From the NCBI GenBank assembly GCA_964539365.1, contig CAZIIV010000001.1:12637-76636 (forward strand): 64,000 bases of DNA, given 5' to 3'. The notes under the pieces were generated by a model. The model was not told the DNA's origin, searched no databases, and saw only the letters and a list, made by a program, of their open reading frames with translations. The position numbers were made by a program, and so were the translations under genes. Below, piece by piece: positions 55,172 through 64,000 of this stretch; within the stretch, counting starts at the first letter, position 1; each line of letters starts with the position of its first letter. The DNA is from an uncultured Desulfobacteraceae bacterium (GTDB lineage Bacteria; Desulfobacterota; Desulfobacteria; Desulfobacterales; UBA11574).

Positions 55172-56047
55172 TTACCTGTTTGGCACATTTTTAATGGCAT
55201 CAATAATTTTTAAGGTAACGCGTGTATCGGCCACATTGTGGACTCTGACCATGTGGGCGCCGTTCAAAACTGCAGCGGCAATTGAAGCCTGAGTGCCGGT
55301 TTCCACCACAGGGGGGTCGGGGTTAATATCTTTTGCGGCCGTATCTTTAAGGATGTTTCGTATAAAGGCTTTTCTGGAAACCCCGATCAGAATAGGAACA
55401 CCCAATGTTTTAAATTCATAAAGGTGTTTAATTAATAAAAGATTATGTTCAACAGTTTTCCCGAAACCGATTCCGGGATCAATTATGATTTTTGATTTTG
55501 AAACTCCTTTTCTTTGAGCATAATCGACGGCGGTTTCTAGAAACCCTTTGATTTCTTTTATAAGATCATAATAAACAGGATCCGTCTGCATGGTTTTTGG
55601 GGTTCCAAGCATATGCATCAAAATTACCGGAACGTCGTATTCTGCTGCAACATCTGCAAGGCCGTGGTCAAGACGCAATGCTGAAACATCATTTATAATG
55701 GAGGCGCCGGCTTGAATAGCCCGTCTGGCAACACCGGCCTTGGTTGTATCTATGGAAATGGGAATAGAAATACGTGCCGCGAGGTTTTCAATCACAGGTA
55801 TAACGCGTCGGATTTCTTCTTCGACCGATACCTCGTCAGAAAAGGGACGTGTGGATTCTCCGCCGATATCAAGTATGTCAGCACCGTCTTCAAAAAGTTT
55901 TAGACCTTGAGCTACGGCGTCACCTAATGTGAAAAACTCCCCGCCATCTGAAAATGAATCCGGTGTAACATTCAAGATGCCCATGACACAGGTGCGTTTA
56001 CCCAGAACCAACCTGTGGGTGCCCCATTCAATATTATAAGTTTTCAT
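55172..56047 (-). CDS. folP: Dihydropteroate synthase
   Basis: 'VMGILNVTPDSFSDGG', 'ILDIGGESTRP', 'ISIDT', 'INDVS', 'DPGIGFGK'. Confidence 0.92.
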   Translation of the reverse strand: MKTYNIEWGTHRLVLGKRTCVMGILNVTPDSFSDGGEFFTLGDAVAQGLKLFEDGADILDIGGESTRPFSDEVSVEEEIRRVIPVIENLAARISIPISIDTTKAGVARRAIQAGASIINDVSALRLDHGLADVAAEYDVPVILMHMLGTPKTMQTDPVYYDLIKEIKGFLETAVDYAQRKGVSKSKIIIDPGIGFGKTVEHNLLLIKHLYEFKTLGVPILIGVSRKAFIRNILKDTAAKDINPDPPVVETGTQASIAAAVLNGAHMVRVHNVADTRVTLKIIDAIKNVPNR

Positions 56048-56140
56048 CGGTGCTTTTTACAAGCATCTTTTACATAAAGACACTGCATGGAGTAATAAAA
56101 AAGTTTTGCCACAAAAAACACAAAGATACATGACAGATGA

Positions 56141-58051
56141 TTAAGATGAGGGCCGGTCGCTTTGAGTTTCGGTTTTGATTTCTGCCGTATTTTCGTTATC
56201 TTCCATTTGAACGTTTTCATCCGTTTTTTCTTCCACAGAGGTCTTTGATGGAAACTCAAATCCGGGTTTCATGGAAAGTATGAGTTCATCAAGCTCTTTT
56301 CCCAGGACCGTCTCTTTTTCTAGTAGACGGTTCGCCAGAGCATGAAGAATATCTAAATTTTCATTTAAAATTTGTTTTGCACAACTGTAGGCTTTTTCGA
56401 TAAGGTTATTGATTTCTTGGTCAATTTTTCGTGCCGTTTCTTCAGAGTAGTCCCTGTGCTGTGCTATTTCGCGTCCCAGGAAAACATGCTCGTCATCTTT
56501 GGCAAATGAAAGCGGACCTAATTTTTCACTCATTCCCCAGTTTCGTATCATCTTCTGGGCAACATCGGTGGCCTGTTTGATATCGTTGGCGGCACCGGTA
56601 CTGATCCGGTTAAAAACGATTGCTTCGGCCACTCGTCCGCCAAAGGCAACCGACAATTCGCTTTCAAGCTGATCTTTATATTTAAAATCGCTTTCTTCGG
56701 GCAAAAACCAGGTAACACCGGCGGCGCGTCCCCTTGGAATAATGGTTATTTTGTTGACGGCATCCGTATTGGGAAGAAAGCGGGCCACAAGGGCGTGTCC
56801 CGCCTCATGATATGCCGTAGTCTTTCTGTCTTCTTCCCGAATGACTTTGGATTTGCGCTCCAATCCCATATAGACTTTGTCTTTGGCGTCTTCCAGGTCA
56901 ACCATATCAATTTTTTCTTTATTTCTCTTAGCGCCGAGCAACGCTGCTTCGTTCACAAGGTTTTCCAAATCTGCGCCGGAAAAACCGGGTGTGCCTTTTG
57001 CCAGGGTGACAAGGTTTACATCGGTTGCGGCCGGCGTTTTTTTCATATGAACCTTAAGAATTTTTTCACGGCCTAAAATATCCGGCAGAGGAACAACCAC
57101 CTGACGATCAAAGCGTCCGGGTCGCAAAAGAGCCGGATCAAGCACATCAGGCCGGTTGGTAGCGGAAATAAGGATAACCCCTTCGTTTGACTCAAAACCA
57201 TCCATTTCAACCAGGAGCTGATTTAATGTCTGTTCCCTTTCGTCGTGTCCGCCACCGAGTCCGGCGCCCCTGTGACGTCCAACCGCATCAATTTCATCAA
57301 TAAAGATAATGCAGGGTGCGTTCTTTTTACCTTGGACAAATAGATCTCTAACCCGTGACGCACCAACGCCGACAAACATTTCCACGAAGTCCGAGCCGCT
57401 GATGTGGAAAAACGGAACGTCGGCTTCACCTGCAATCGCACGGGCCAAAAGGGTTTTTCCCGTACCCGGGGACCCCAGAAGAAGAACCCCTTTGGGTATC
57501 CTTCCGCCGAGACGCGTAAATTTCTTCGGTTCTCTAAGAAAATCTATTATTTCACCGAGTTCTTCCTTGGCTTCATCGATTCCGGCAACGTCTTCAAAGG
57601 TGACTTTTTTCATCTGGTCAGATTGCAGGCGTGCCCGGCTTTTTCCAAAAGACATGGCCTTACCCCCACCGGCCTGCATTTGACGCATAAAGAAGATCCA
57701 TACGCCGATGAGCACAATCATGGGAAACCATGAAACCAGAACATTCATATACCAGGGAGAATCGCTTTCCGGTTTGGCACTAATGGTTACTCCTTTTTGT
57801 CGGAGGATCTTAATCAGATCGGTGTCCTGTGGTGCATATACCTTGAAACGATTGTGGTTTACATCCGTGATAAAAAGTTCTTGCCCCTGGATGACCACAT
57901 CGGAAATAGTTCCGTTATCGACCATGGTTAGAAATTCAGTATAGCTGATATTTGGCTCGGCCAAGTGTTGTTGATTGAACAGATTATAAAGCATGATCAT
58001 CATCAGTGTGATGACTATCCATAAAGCCAAATTTTTATAAAAAGGATTCAA
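56141..58051 (-). CDS. ftsH: ATP-dependent zinc metalloprotease FtsH
   Basis: Two N-terminal TMs, AAA+ Walker A '[11 protein letters not shown]', 'IIFIDEIDA', SRH, and the zinc site 'HEAGHAL'. Confidence 0.95.
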   Translation of the reverse strand: MNPFYKNLALWIVITLMMIMLYNLFNQQHLAEPNISYTEFLTMVDNGTISDVVIQGQELFITDVNHNRFKVYAPQDTDLIKILRQKGVTISAKPESDSPWYMNVLVSWFPMIVLIGVWIFFMRQMQAGGGKAMSFGKSRARLQSDQMKKVTFEDVAGIDEAKEELGEIIDFLREPKKFTRLGGRIPKGVLLLGSPGTGKTLLARAIAGEADVPFFHISGSDFVEMFVGVGASRVRDLFVQGKKNAPCIIFIDEIDAVGRHRGAGLGGGHDEREQTLNQLLVEMDGFESNEGVILISATNRPDVLDPALLRPGRFDRQVVVPLPDILGREKILKVHMKKTPAATDVNLVTLAKGTPGFSGADLENLVNEAALLGAKRNKEKIDMVDLEDAKDKVYMGLERKSKVIREEDRKTTAYHEAGHALVARFLPNTDAVNKITIIPRGRAAGVTWFLPEESDFKYKDQLESELSVAFGGRVAEAIVFNRISTGAANDIKQATDVAQKMIRNWGMSEKLGPLSFAKDDEHVFLGREIAQHRDYSEETARKIDQEINNLIEKAYSCAKQILNENLDILHALANRLLEKETVLGKELDELILSMKPGFEFPSKTSVEEKTDENVQMEDNENTAEIKTETQSDRPSS

Positions 58052-58110
58052 AAGTGGTTAACCCCCCGTAAAATGATTGCTTACAAAATTATATTAATCA
58101 TTATTGTTAA

Positions 58111-59568
58111 TTAGGCAAGAGAAAGTTCAACATGGAGTACATTTTTGGTTGTGGGTTTCACTTTTACGGATTCATCTATTCTATAACCGGCAACCCAGAT
58201 TATTTTTTCCCGGCAAAGCAATATGGGACATCTTATGCGTTCTTTTCTGGGGACTTTTTTGTCGATGAAAAATTTTTTTATTTTTTGTGTTCCGGTCATA
58301 CCCAGTGGCGTAAAACGGTCACCCTGCCGAAAATTTCTCAAAACCATCGGAAAACTTAACTCATCTCTATCAAAAAAACCGGTATGCTGTCCAGACCCAC
58401 ATAGGTCGCGCAGATTTTTTATGTCCATTTCGGTGAATGTAATACGAGCACCGATTTCTTTTATAAATAGGGATTTGGGTTTTTCTATTCGGTATTCAAA
58501 AGCAAACATTTCTGTCCTGCCTGATGGTGCATCCGCATTGCGCAGAGTGTTTTTTTCTCTTGATAAGAGAAGAACCTCTCCTTTTCGCCTTATCCTGATA
58601 CGATCAGGCAAATCAACATTTCCATAAGCCGGACCGGATTCCAAAAGGTCTATGGCAGAATCTATGTGGGTCAAACCAATACGCCTTAAGTCACCTTTTA
58701 TTGTTGAAATCGCCTTTCTTATTATCCGTCTTTTTGCTGCCACATGAATTTGATTCAGACTCGAAACAGAGAGAGCAATCTGATCGTCCTGAATGTTGAT
58801 AGACGCTTTTTCGAAGAGCGGGTGAATGACATTTTCGATCCATTCTTCTTCAGATCTTATGATCGAGGCAAGCCGGTTCAGGCTTTGGCTGATTTTGGGA
58901 TTGTAAGATGTTTTTAATAGAGGAATTAAATCGTGGCGTATCCGGTTCCTAAGGAATCTTGTGTCCCTATTGGATGCGTCAGATAAATATTTTATTCCAT
59001 TTTGATCCAGAAAAGCAATTATTTCGGAACGATTTGATTCTATTAGCGGCCGGATAATTTTTCCGTCTCTTACCGGAGGAATACCCGAAATGCCCAGTGG
59101 ACCGCTTCCTCTAAAAAGATTCATTAATACAAGTTCTGCATTATCATCAAAATGATGGCCCAGTGCGATTTTATTAAACCGGTTTTTTTCTGCCTCTTTG
59201 TTTAAAAAGGTGTGTCGAACGCGCCTGGCCGCTTCTTCCAGGGAAAGCCTGTTTTCAAGCTGATAGCTGCGGACATCCGCTTTAAGCGTATAAAAAGGTA
59301 TGCCAAATCTGCCGGCGAGAGATGCAACAAATTCAGCATCCTTGTCTGAATCGTTCTGGCGCAGACAATGATTTAAATGTGCAACTCCCAATCTGAGGGA
59401 AAAGCGGGGCACGAATGTGAGAAGCAGGTGAAAAAGAGCTACTGAATCAGGACCGCCGGATACACCGACAAGAACCGAATCTTCCGGTTTAAGCATTCCA
59501 TAGGTTGTAACGGTCTGTTCAACAATACGTAATAATTTATTATTGTAGCCTTTGTGCGATGCTGGCAT
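58111..59568 (-). CDS. tilS: tRNA(Ile)-lysidine synthetase
   Basis: PP-loop 'VGVSGGPDSVAL', 'AHLNHCLR' and a C-terminal TilS substrate-binding region. Confidence 0.9.
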   Translation of the reverse strand: MPASHKGYNNKLLRIVEQTVTTYGMLKPEDSVLVGVSGGPDSVALFHLLLTFVPRFSLRLGVAHLNHCLRQNDSDKDAEFVASLAGRFGIPFYTLKADVRSYQLENRLSLEEAARRVRHTFLNKEAEKNRFNKIALGHHFDDNAELVLMNLFRGSGPLGISGIPPVRDGKIIRPLIESNRSEIIAFLDQNGIKYLSDASNRDTRFLRNRIRHDLIPLLKTSYNPKISQSLNRLASIIRSEEEWIENVIHPLFEKASINIQDDQIALSVSSLNQIHVAAKRRIIRKAISTIKGDLRRIGLTHIDSAIDLLESGPAYGNVDLPDRIRIRRKGEVLLLSREKNTLRNADAPSGRTEMFAFEYRIEKPKSLFIKEIGARITFTEMDIKNLRDLCGSGQHTGFFDRDELSFPMVLRNFRQGDRFTPLGMTGTQKIKKFFIDKKVPRKERIRCPILLCREKIIWVAGYRIDESVKVKPTTKNVLHVELSLA

Positions 59569-59698
59569 GAATAAGCTCAGAAACTTTTTTATCCCATACT
59601 CCTAAGATGCCGGATCGGATGGAAACCTCGGTAGTTCCGGGTGCTCTCGTTGCAGTTTTTATTGTAACCGGCGTTCCGTCGGTTTGCTTGGCTTTCAT
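59540..59698 (-). CDS. Hypothetical small ORF (52 codons), possibly a DUF3568-like C-terminal fragment
   Basis: 'MKAKQTDGTPVTIKTATRAPGTTEVSIRSGILGVWDKKVSELIHASIAQRLQ'. AAGGGG RBS. Overlaps the tilS start by 29 nt. Below the ORF-track cut-off. Confidence 0.3.
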   Translation of the reverse strand: MKAKQTDGTPVTIKTATRAPGTTEVSIRSGILGVWDKKVSELIHASIAQRLQ

Positions 59699-59913
59699 TT
59701 TTTCCCCTTAAGAGCTGATATTTTCAAAAAGCTAAAATGTTACGAATTTTTAATTTTGAAACTGTTAAAAAAAGGTTATGATACGAATCAGTCAATGTCA
59801 ATAAAAAACACAGAATATAGATTTGATAGTTTGAATTATAGTCTATATTGTGGCAGGAGACCCGAGTTCTTTTTTTAGCTTGATTTTTTTTTTAAATTGA
59901 TTATATTTATAAT

Positions 59914-60174
59914 TTCGGTTGTGCTAGGCGGGGAGCTAGCGGTGCCCTTTTCCCGAAATCCGCTTCATGCGGGGCTGAATCCCCTCTGAAGGGTTTTTAT
60001 CTGGGAACCTATGAGCCAATCTGATCGGCCGCCGCGCAACAGACGGTTACGAACCTCGTCAGGTCCGGAAGGAAGCAGCGATAAGTAATGCAGTTTGTGT
60101 CGTGGATCGATCCCGGTCAAACTTTTGGCTTATTACATTTCAGAAAAGATTCGATAGAGGGTGCACAACCCGTT
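59914..60174 (+). ncRNA. ffs: Signal recognition particle RNA, long form with Alu-like domain
   Basis: Contains the universal helix-8 motif GTCAGGTCCGGAAGGAAGCAGC (60058-60079). The 5' part GTGCTAGGCGGGGAGCTAGCGGTGCCC...GAATCCCC resembles the Bacillus-type Alu domain as I recall it. 5' GGTTGTGC can pair with 3' GCACAACC. Ends are approximate. Confidence 0.85.
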
Positions 60175-60432
60175 CCGCCGCTTATTATTGGAGACCTTTA
60201 TTGCAAAAGCCCTCTTTTGTCCAATTCTTGCGCCTGTGCTCATTATTGACCACCCTGTTTAAAATCGATAAAATTCAATTACTAAATGCGGAACTTGGAA
60301 TCTAAATTTCCTTTTTCTTCCTTGACAATATCCTAGACAGTCTTATTTTTTTAATATTCCGGTATTACCCCGTATTTTATGAAGAATCGGATTACTCTAT
60401 ATTCAAAAAAAATCAGGAGAAAACAACGGCTG

Positions 60433-61068
60433 ATGGCAAAAAAAAGTAAAGTCAAAATTCATACGAATGCTAATGAAACCGTGAGCGAAGATAAGAAAGC
60501 CGAGAAAAGCGATTCAAACAAAAAAGATGTCATTGAGACTGTGGATCCCGTCAAAGATATGGAGAAAAAGGTAGAATCTCTGAAGAAGGAGGCTGAGGAG
60601 ACCCAGGAGCGGCTGTTAAGGGTGGCGGCGGAGTTTGAAAACTACAAAAAGCGTTCCGTACGTGAAATGAATGATTTTAGAAAATTTGCCAATGAAAATT
60701 TTGCAAAAGCAATGCTACCTGTGGTTGACAACCTGGATCGTGCCATCGAATCTTCAAGTAATGACACACACACAAACAGTTCGCTGGTGGAAGGCGTCAG
60801 TATGACCCTCAAGGAGATAGTCAAAGTTATTGAAGAGTATGGTGTAAGACCGTTTGAGTCTTTGGGAAAACCCTTTGATCCCAGTTTACATCAGGCGGTG
60901 ATGCAGGAAGAGGCGGCTGCGTATCCTGAGAACACGGTTTCCAAAGAGCTGCAAAAAGGATATATGATTCACGACAGGCTTCTCAGACCTGCCATGGTTG
61001 TGGTATCCAAAAAAAAAGCGGGACCTGAAAATCAAGAAAAGTCGGCTCGGAAAGAAGAAAAAGAATAA
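60433..61068 (+). CDS. grpE: Nucleotide exchange factor GrpE
   Basis: 'RVAAEFENYKKR', 'VVDNLDRA' and 'FDPSLHQAVM'. I place the start at ATG 60433, downstream of AGGAGA; the track ORF starts 18 codons earlier. Confidence 0.9.
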   Translation: MAKKSKVKIHTNANETVSEDKKAEKSDSNKKDVIETVDPVKDMEKKVESLKKEAEETQERLLRVAAEFENYKKRSVREMNDFRKFANENFAKAMLPVVDNLDRAIESSSNDTHTNSSLVEGVSMTLKEIVKVIEEYGVRPFESLGKPFDPSLHQAVMQEEAAAYPENTVSKELQKGYMIHDRLLRPAMVVVSKKKAGPENQEKSARKEEKE

Positions 61069-61103
61069 AGTATATAGATTATTTTAAATTAGGAGGATAG
61101 CAA

Positions 61104-63038
61104 ATGGGTAAAGTCATTGGAATCGATTTGGGCACCACAAATTCCTGTGTGGCGGTCATGGAAGGTAGCGAAGCAAAAGTCATAACAAATCCCGAAGGAG
61201 GGCGCACGACACCTTCCATCGTTGCCGTTTCAGAAAACGGGGAAAGATTGGTCGGTCAAATCGCAAAACGGCAGGCCATTACCAATCCCGAAAATACGGT
61301 ATTTGCCGTAAAGAGGCTTATCGGTCGAAAATACCGTTCACAAGAAGTTCAGAATGACATTAAAATACTTCCTTACAAAATTGAGGAAGCCGAAAATGGT
61401 GACGTCCGAATAAATCTTAGAGGTAAATTGAACAGTCCGGCGGAGATATCATCCTTTATTTTGGCAAACATCAAACACACGGCCGAAGAATATCTCGGAG
61501 AAAAAGTTACCGACGCAGTGGTCACCGTTCCTGCCTATTTTGATGACAATCAGCGACAGGCAACCAAAGATGCGGGAAAAATTTCCGGTCTTAATGTGTT
61601 ACGGATCATCAATGAACCCACGGCCGCATCCCTGGCATATGGTCTCGACAAGAAGAAGGAAGAAAAAATAGCCGTTTTTGATTTGGGCGGCGGCACTTTT
61701 GACATTTCTATTCTTGAAATCGGAGAAGGCGTTTTTGAAGTTAAGGCAACAAATGGCGATACTCATCTCGGCGGCGAAGATTTCGACCTTCGGCTTATCG
61801 ATTACCTGGCGAATGAGTTTAAAAAAGACCAGGGGATTGATATACGAAATGATAAGATGGCGCTGCAGAGACTGAAAGAAGCTGCGGAAAAAGCAAAAAT
61901 GGAACTGTCTACTTCCATGGAAACGAATGTTAACCTTCCGTTTATTACCGCCGATGCCGCCGGTCCAAAACACCTGAACATCAAGATAACCCGGGCCAAG
62001 CTTGAAGGGCTTATCAGTGATCTGCTGGACAAGGTTGAGAATCCCTGCCGGATTGCGCTCAAGGATTCAGGGCTGACCACTAATGACATTAATGAAGTGA
62101 TTCTTGTGGGCGGTATGACGCGAATGCCCGCAGTTCAGAACCGCGTCAAGAAAATTTTCGGAAAGGACCCCCACAAGGGGGTTAACCCGGATGAAGTCGT
62201 TGCCATCGGTGCAGCCATTCAGGGAGGTGTGTTGAAAGGGGACGTTAAGGATGTTCTTCTTCTCGATGTTACCCCCCTCTCCCTGGGGATAGAGACCCTG
62301 GGTGGTGTAATGACACGGCTGATCGAAAAGAATACGACCATCCCGACCAAAAAAAGCCAGATTTTTTCAACGGCGGCCGACAACCAGCCTGCCGTATCTA
62401 TACATGTACTGCAGGGAGAGCGGGAGATGGCCGCCGGCAATAAGACTTTGGGGCGCTTCGAACTTGTGGGGATTCCCCCCGCGCCAAGGGGTGTGCCGCA
62501 AATCGAAGTGACATTTGACATCGATGCCAACGGAATAGTGAACGTTTCTGCAAAGGATATGGCAACGGGTAAGGAGCAATCCATACAAATAACGGCTTCC
62601 AGCGGCTTGTCCAAAGAAGAAATCGACAGATTGATAAAAGATGCCGAGCTTCACTCTGAAGAGGATAAAAAGAAAAAAGAACTGGTTGATGCCCGAAACT
62701 CTGCCGATGCCCTGATCTATTCTACGGAAAAATCGATCGAAGATCTTGGCGACAAGATCGATGCTGCAACCAAGCAGAAGGTTGAAGCTGCCATTGAACC
62801 CCTTAAGAAAGCTATGGAAGGGGATGATGCTGCAGAAATTAAACGCTTGAGCGAAGAATTGACGCAGGCTTCCCACAAATTGGCCGAGGCCATGTATCAG
62901 AAGGCTTCCCAGGCAGATCAGCAGCAGGCCGGAGCCGGTGCAGCAGGGGGGGGACCGGAGCAGCCGGAACCTTCTACGCCTGACGAGGATGTAGTGGATG
63001 CGGATTTCGAAGAGGTAAAAGACGAGGACAAAAAATAA
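61104..63038 (+). CDS. dnaK: Molecular chaperone DnaK (Hsp70)
   Basis: '[13 protein letters not shown]', '[12 protein letters not shown]', '[11 protein letters not shown]' and a C-terminal 'EEVKDEDKK'. Confidence 0.97.
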   Translation: MGKVIGIDLGTTNSCVAVMEGSEAKVITNPEGGRTTPSIVAVSENGERLVGQIAKRQAITNPENTVFAVKRLIGRKYRSQEVQNDIKILPYKIEEAENGDVRINLRGKLNSPAEISSFILANIKHTAEEYLGEKVTDAVVTVPAYFDDNQRQATKDAGKISGLNVLRIINEPTAASLAYGLDKKKEEKIAVFDLGGGTFDISILEIGEGVFEVKATNGDTHLGGEDFDLRLIDYLANEFKKDQGIDIRNDKMALQRLKEAAEKAKMELSTSMETNVNLPFITADAAGPKHLNIKITRAKLEGLISDLLDKVENPCRIALKDSGLTTNDINEVILVGGMTRMPAVQNRVKKIFGKDPHKGVNPDEVVAIGAAIQGGVLKGDVKDVLLLDVTPLSLGIETLGGVMTRLIEKNTTIPTKKSQIFSTAADNQPAVSIHVLQGEREMAAGNKTLGRFELVGIPPAPRGVPQIEVTFDIDANGIVNVSAKDMATGKEQSIQITASSGLSKEEIDRLIKDAELHSEEDKKKKELVDARNSADALIYSTEKSIEDLGDKIDAATKQKVEAAIEPLKKAMEGDDAAEIKRLSEELTQASHKLAEAMYQKASQADQQQAGAGAAGGGPEQPEPSTPDEDVVDADFEEVKDEDKK

Positions 63039-63057
63039 CCGCAACCGGCATTTTACA

Positions 63058-63098
63058 ATAAAAATCCCGCGTGTACTTTTGTGCCGCGGGATTTTTAT
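63058..63098 (+). terminator. Rho-independent terminator after dnaK
   Basis: AAATCCCGCG ... CGCGGGATTT stem followed by a T-run. Confidence 0.8.
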
Positions 63099-63240
63099 TA
63101 TGTAGAAATTTGCAAAAATTTTATATATGTTATTCCATAATTTTATATAGTTTGTTACAAAGAATTTAACTTTTGTAATTGTTGAACCCTATACCTCTGA
63201 ACCCGTTAACGGTGACTAATATAGTCATAAGGAGGCTAAA

Positions 63241-64000
63241 ATGCGGATCGGCGTTTTAAAAGAGATAAAAATCAAAGAAAACCGAGTTGCCTTGACACCA
63301 TCAGGGGTTGAACAAATGAGGCTACATGGGCACGAAGTTCTGGTTGAAACCCGTGCGGGTGATGGCTCAGCTTTCTCTGATGGAGAATATATGCAGGCCG
63401 GTGCGGTAATTTGCAATACTTCCAAAGAAATTTACCAGAAATGTCAAATGATCATCAAGGTAAAAGAGCCACTTCCTGTTGAATATCCAATGATACGAAA
63501 TGAACAGATTCTGTTTACATTTTTTCATTTTGCGGCATCACTGGAACTTACCCGGGCGATTATGGAATCGGGAGCCGTAGCTGTGGCTTACGAAACAGTG
63601 GAGAGCGAGAACGGTTCTTTACCGCTTCTTACGCCAATGAGTGAAGTGGCCGGCAAAATGGCTATTCAGGAGGGGGCCAAATACCTTGAAAAGACTTTTG
63701 GCGGTAAAGGTATTCTTCTCAGTGGTGTGCCGGGGGTAGATTCCGGTACCGTCTTGATAATCGGGGCCGGTACCGTCGGAACCAATGCTGCCAAAATAGC
63801 TTGTGGCCTTGGCGCAAAGGTCTATCTTCTCGATAATAATCTTGAACGGCTTCGTTATCTTAGTGATGTAATGCCCAAGAATTGTTTTCCGATCATGTAC
63901 AGTCCGGCGACTATTCGAAGAATTTTGAAAGAGGCCGATCTTGTTGTGGGTGCGGTTCTTATACCCGGTGCGGTGGCACCCAAATTGCTTACACGCGACA
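63241..64000 (+). CDS. ald: Alanine dehydrogenase (partial; continues beyond the window)
   Basis: 'MRIGVLKEIKIKENRVALTPSGV', 'KVKEP' and 'IIGAGTVGTNAAKIA'. AGGAGG RBS. Open to the window end, so it is not in the ORF track. Confidence 0.9.
   Translation, partial: MRIGVLKEIKIKENRVALTPSGVEQMRLHGHEVLVETRAGDGSAFSDGEYMQAGAVICNTSKEIYQKCQMIIKVKEPLPVEYPMIRNEQILFTFFHFAASLELTRAIMESGAVAVAYETVESENGSLPLLTPMSEVAGKMAIQEGAKYLEKTFGGKGILLSGVPGVDSGTVLIIGAGTVGTNAAKIACGLGAKVYLLDNNLERLRYLSDVMPKNCFPIMYSPATIRRILKEADLVVGAVLIPGAVAPKLLTRD

Noticed and set aside
60102-60305. 67-aa ORF upstream of grpE
   Set aside because: It overlaps the 3' half of the SRP RNA and has no RBS. The RNA gene explains the conservation-like signal.
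60180-60432. CIRCE operator or sigma-32 promoter upstream of grpE-dnaK
   Set aside because: There is no TTAGCACTC-N9-GAGTGCTAA inverted repeat. 'CTTGACA' and 'CCCCGTAT' resemble sigma-32 elements, but they are about 40 nt apart, which is far too wide a spacing.
62367-63044. 225-aa minus-strand ORF opposite the 3' end of dnaK
   Set aside because: It is antisense to an unambiguous dnaK frame and its composition mirrors the repetitive Lys/Glu/Asp-rich DnaK C-terminal region.

Overview
64-kb chromosomal window from a sulfate-reducing deltaproteobacterium. I infer a Desulfobacteraceae-like organism from the dsrA-dsrB-dsrD-dsrN operon, a tetraheme cytochrome c3, a tungsten-type AOR and the general gene content. 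Most of the window is ordinary housekeeping: tatC, dapA-like, ilvE, UGPase, pepP, rmuC, nrdJ, ccdA, proC, yggT/divIVA, two pilT-family ATPases, coaX, folP, ftsH, tilS, a long Alu-domain-type SRP RNA, grpE-dnaK and ald (partial at the window end). The main signal is an ~11.7-kb insertion (about 23,273-35,003). It lies between the 61-codon 5' stump of a gabT-like aminotransferase and the 57-codon 3' stump of a gabD-like aldehyde dehydrogenase, both on the + strand. The insertion carries an orphan YcaO, secreted MORN/LysM and Pro-rich proteins, and a same-strand module of two paralogous dynamin-like GTPases, a transglutaminase-like protein, a nucleotidyltransferase-like protein, a TPM protein and LemA. 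I do not recognise this combination as a described system. The first five genes of the module are bracketed by inverted copies of a decayed four-helix-bundle (23S-IVS-protein type) element. A third decayed copy sits between the two GTPase genes. Other points of note: a 142-bp MITE-like palindromic element with solo ends elsewhere; a dispersed family of low-complexity hairpin arms; a bacterial cereblon-like CULT-domain protein; a patch of gene stumps at 35.0-36.7 kb that includes a duplicated ihfB-type promoter; and a cluster of nucleoid and RNA chaperone genes. All calls rest on reading the ORF translations and the DNA by eye. No database search was run, and many start codons are approximate.
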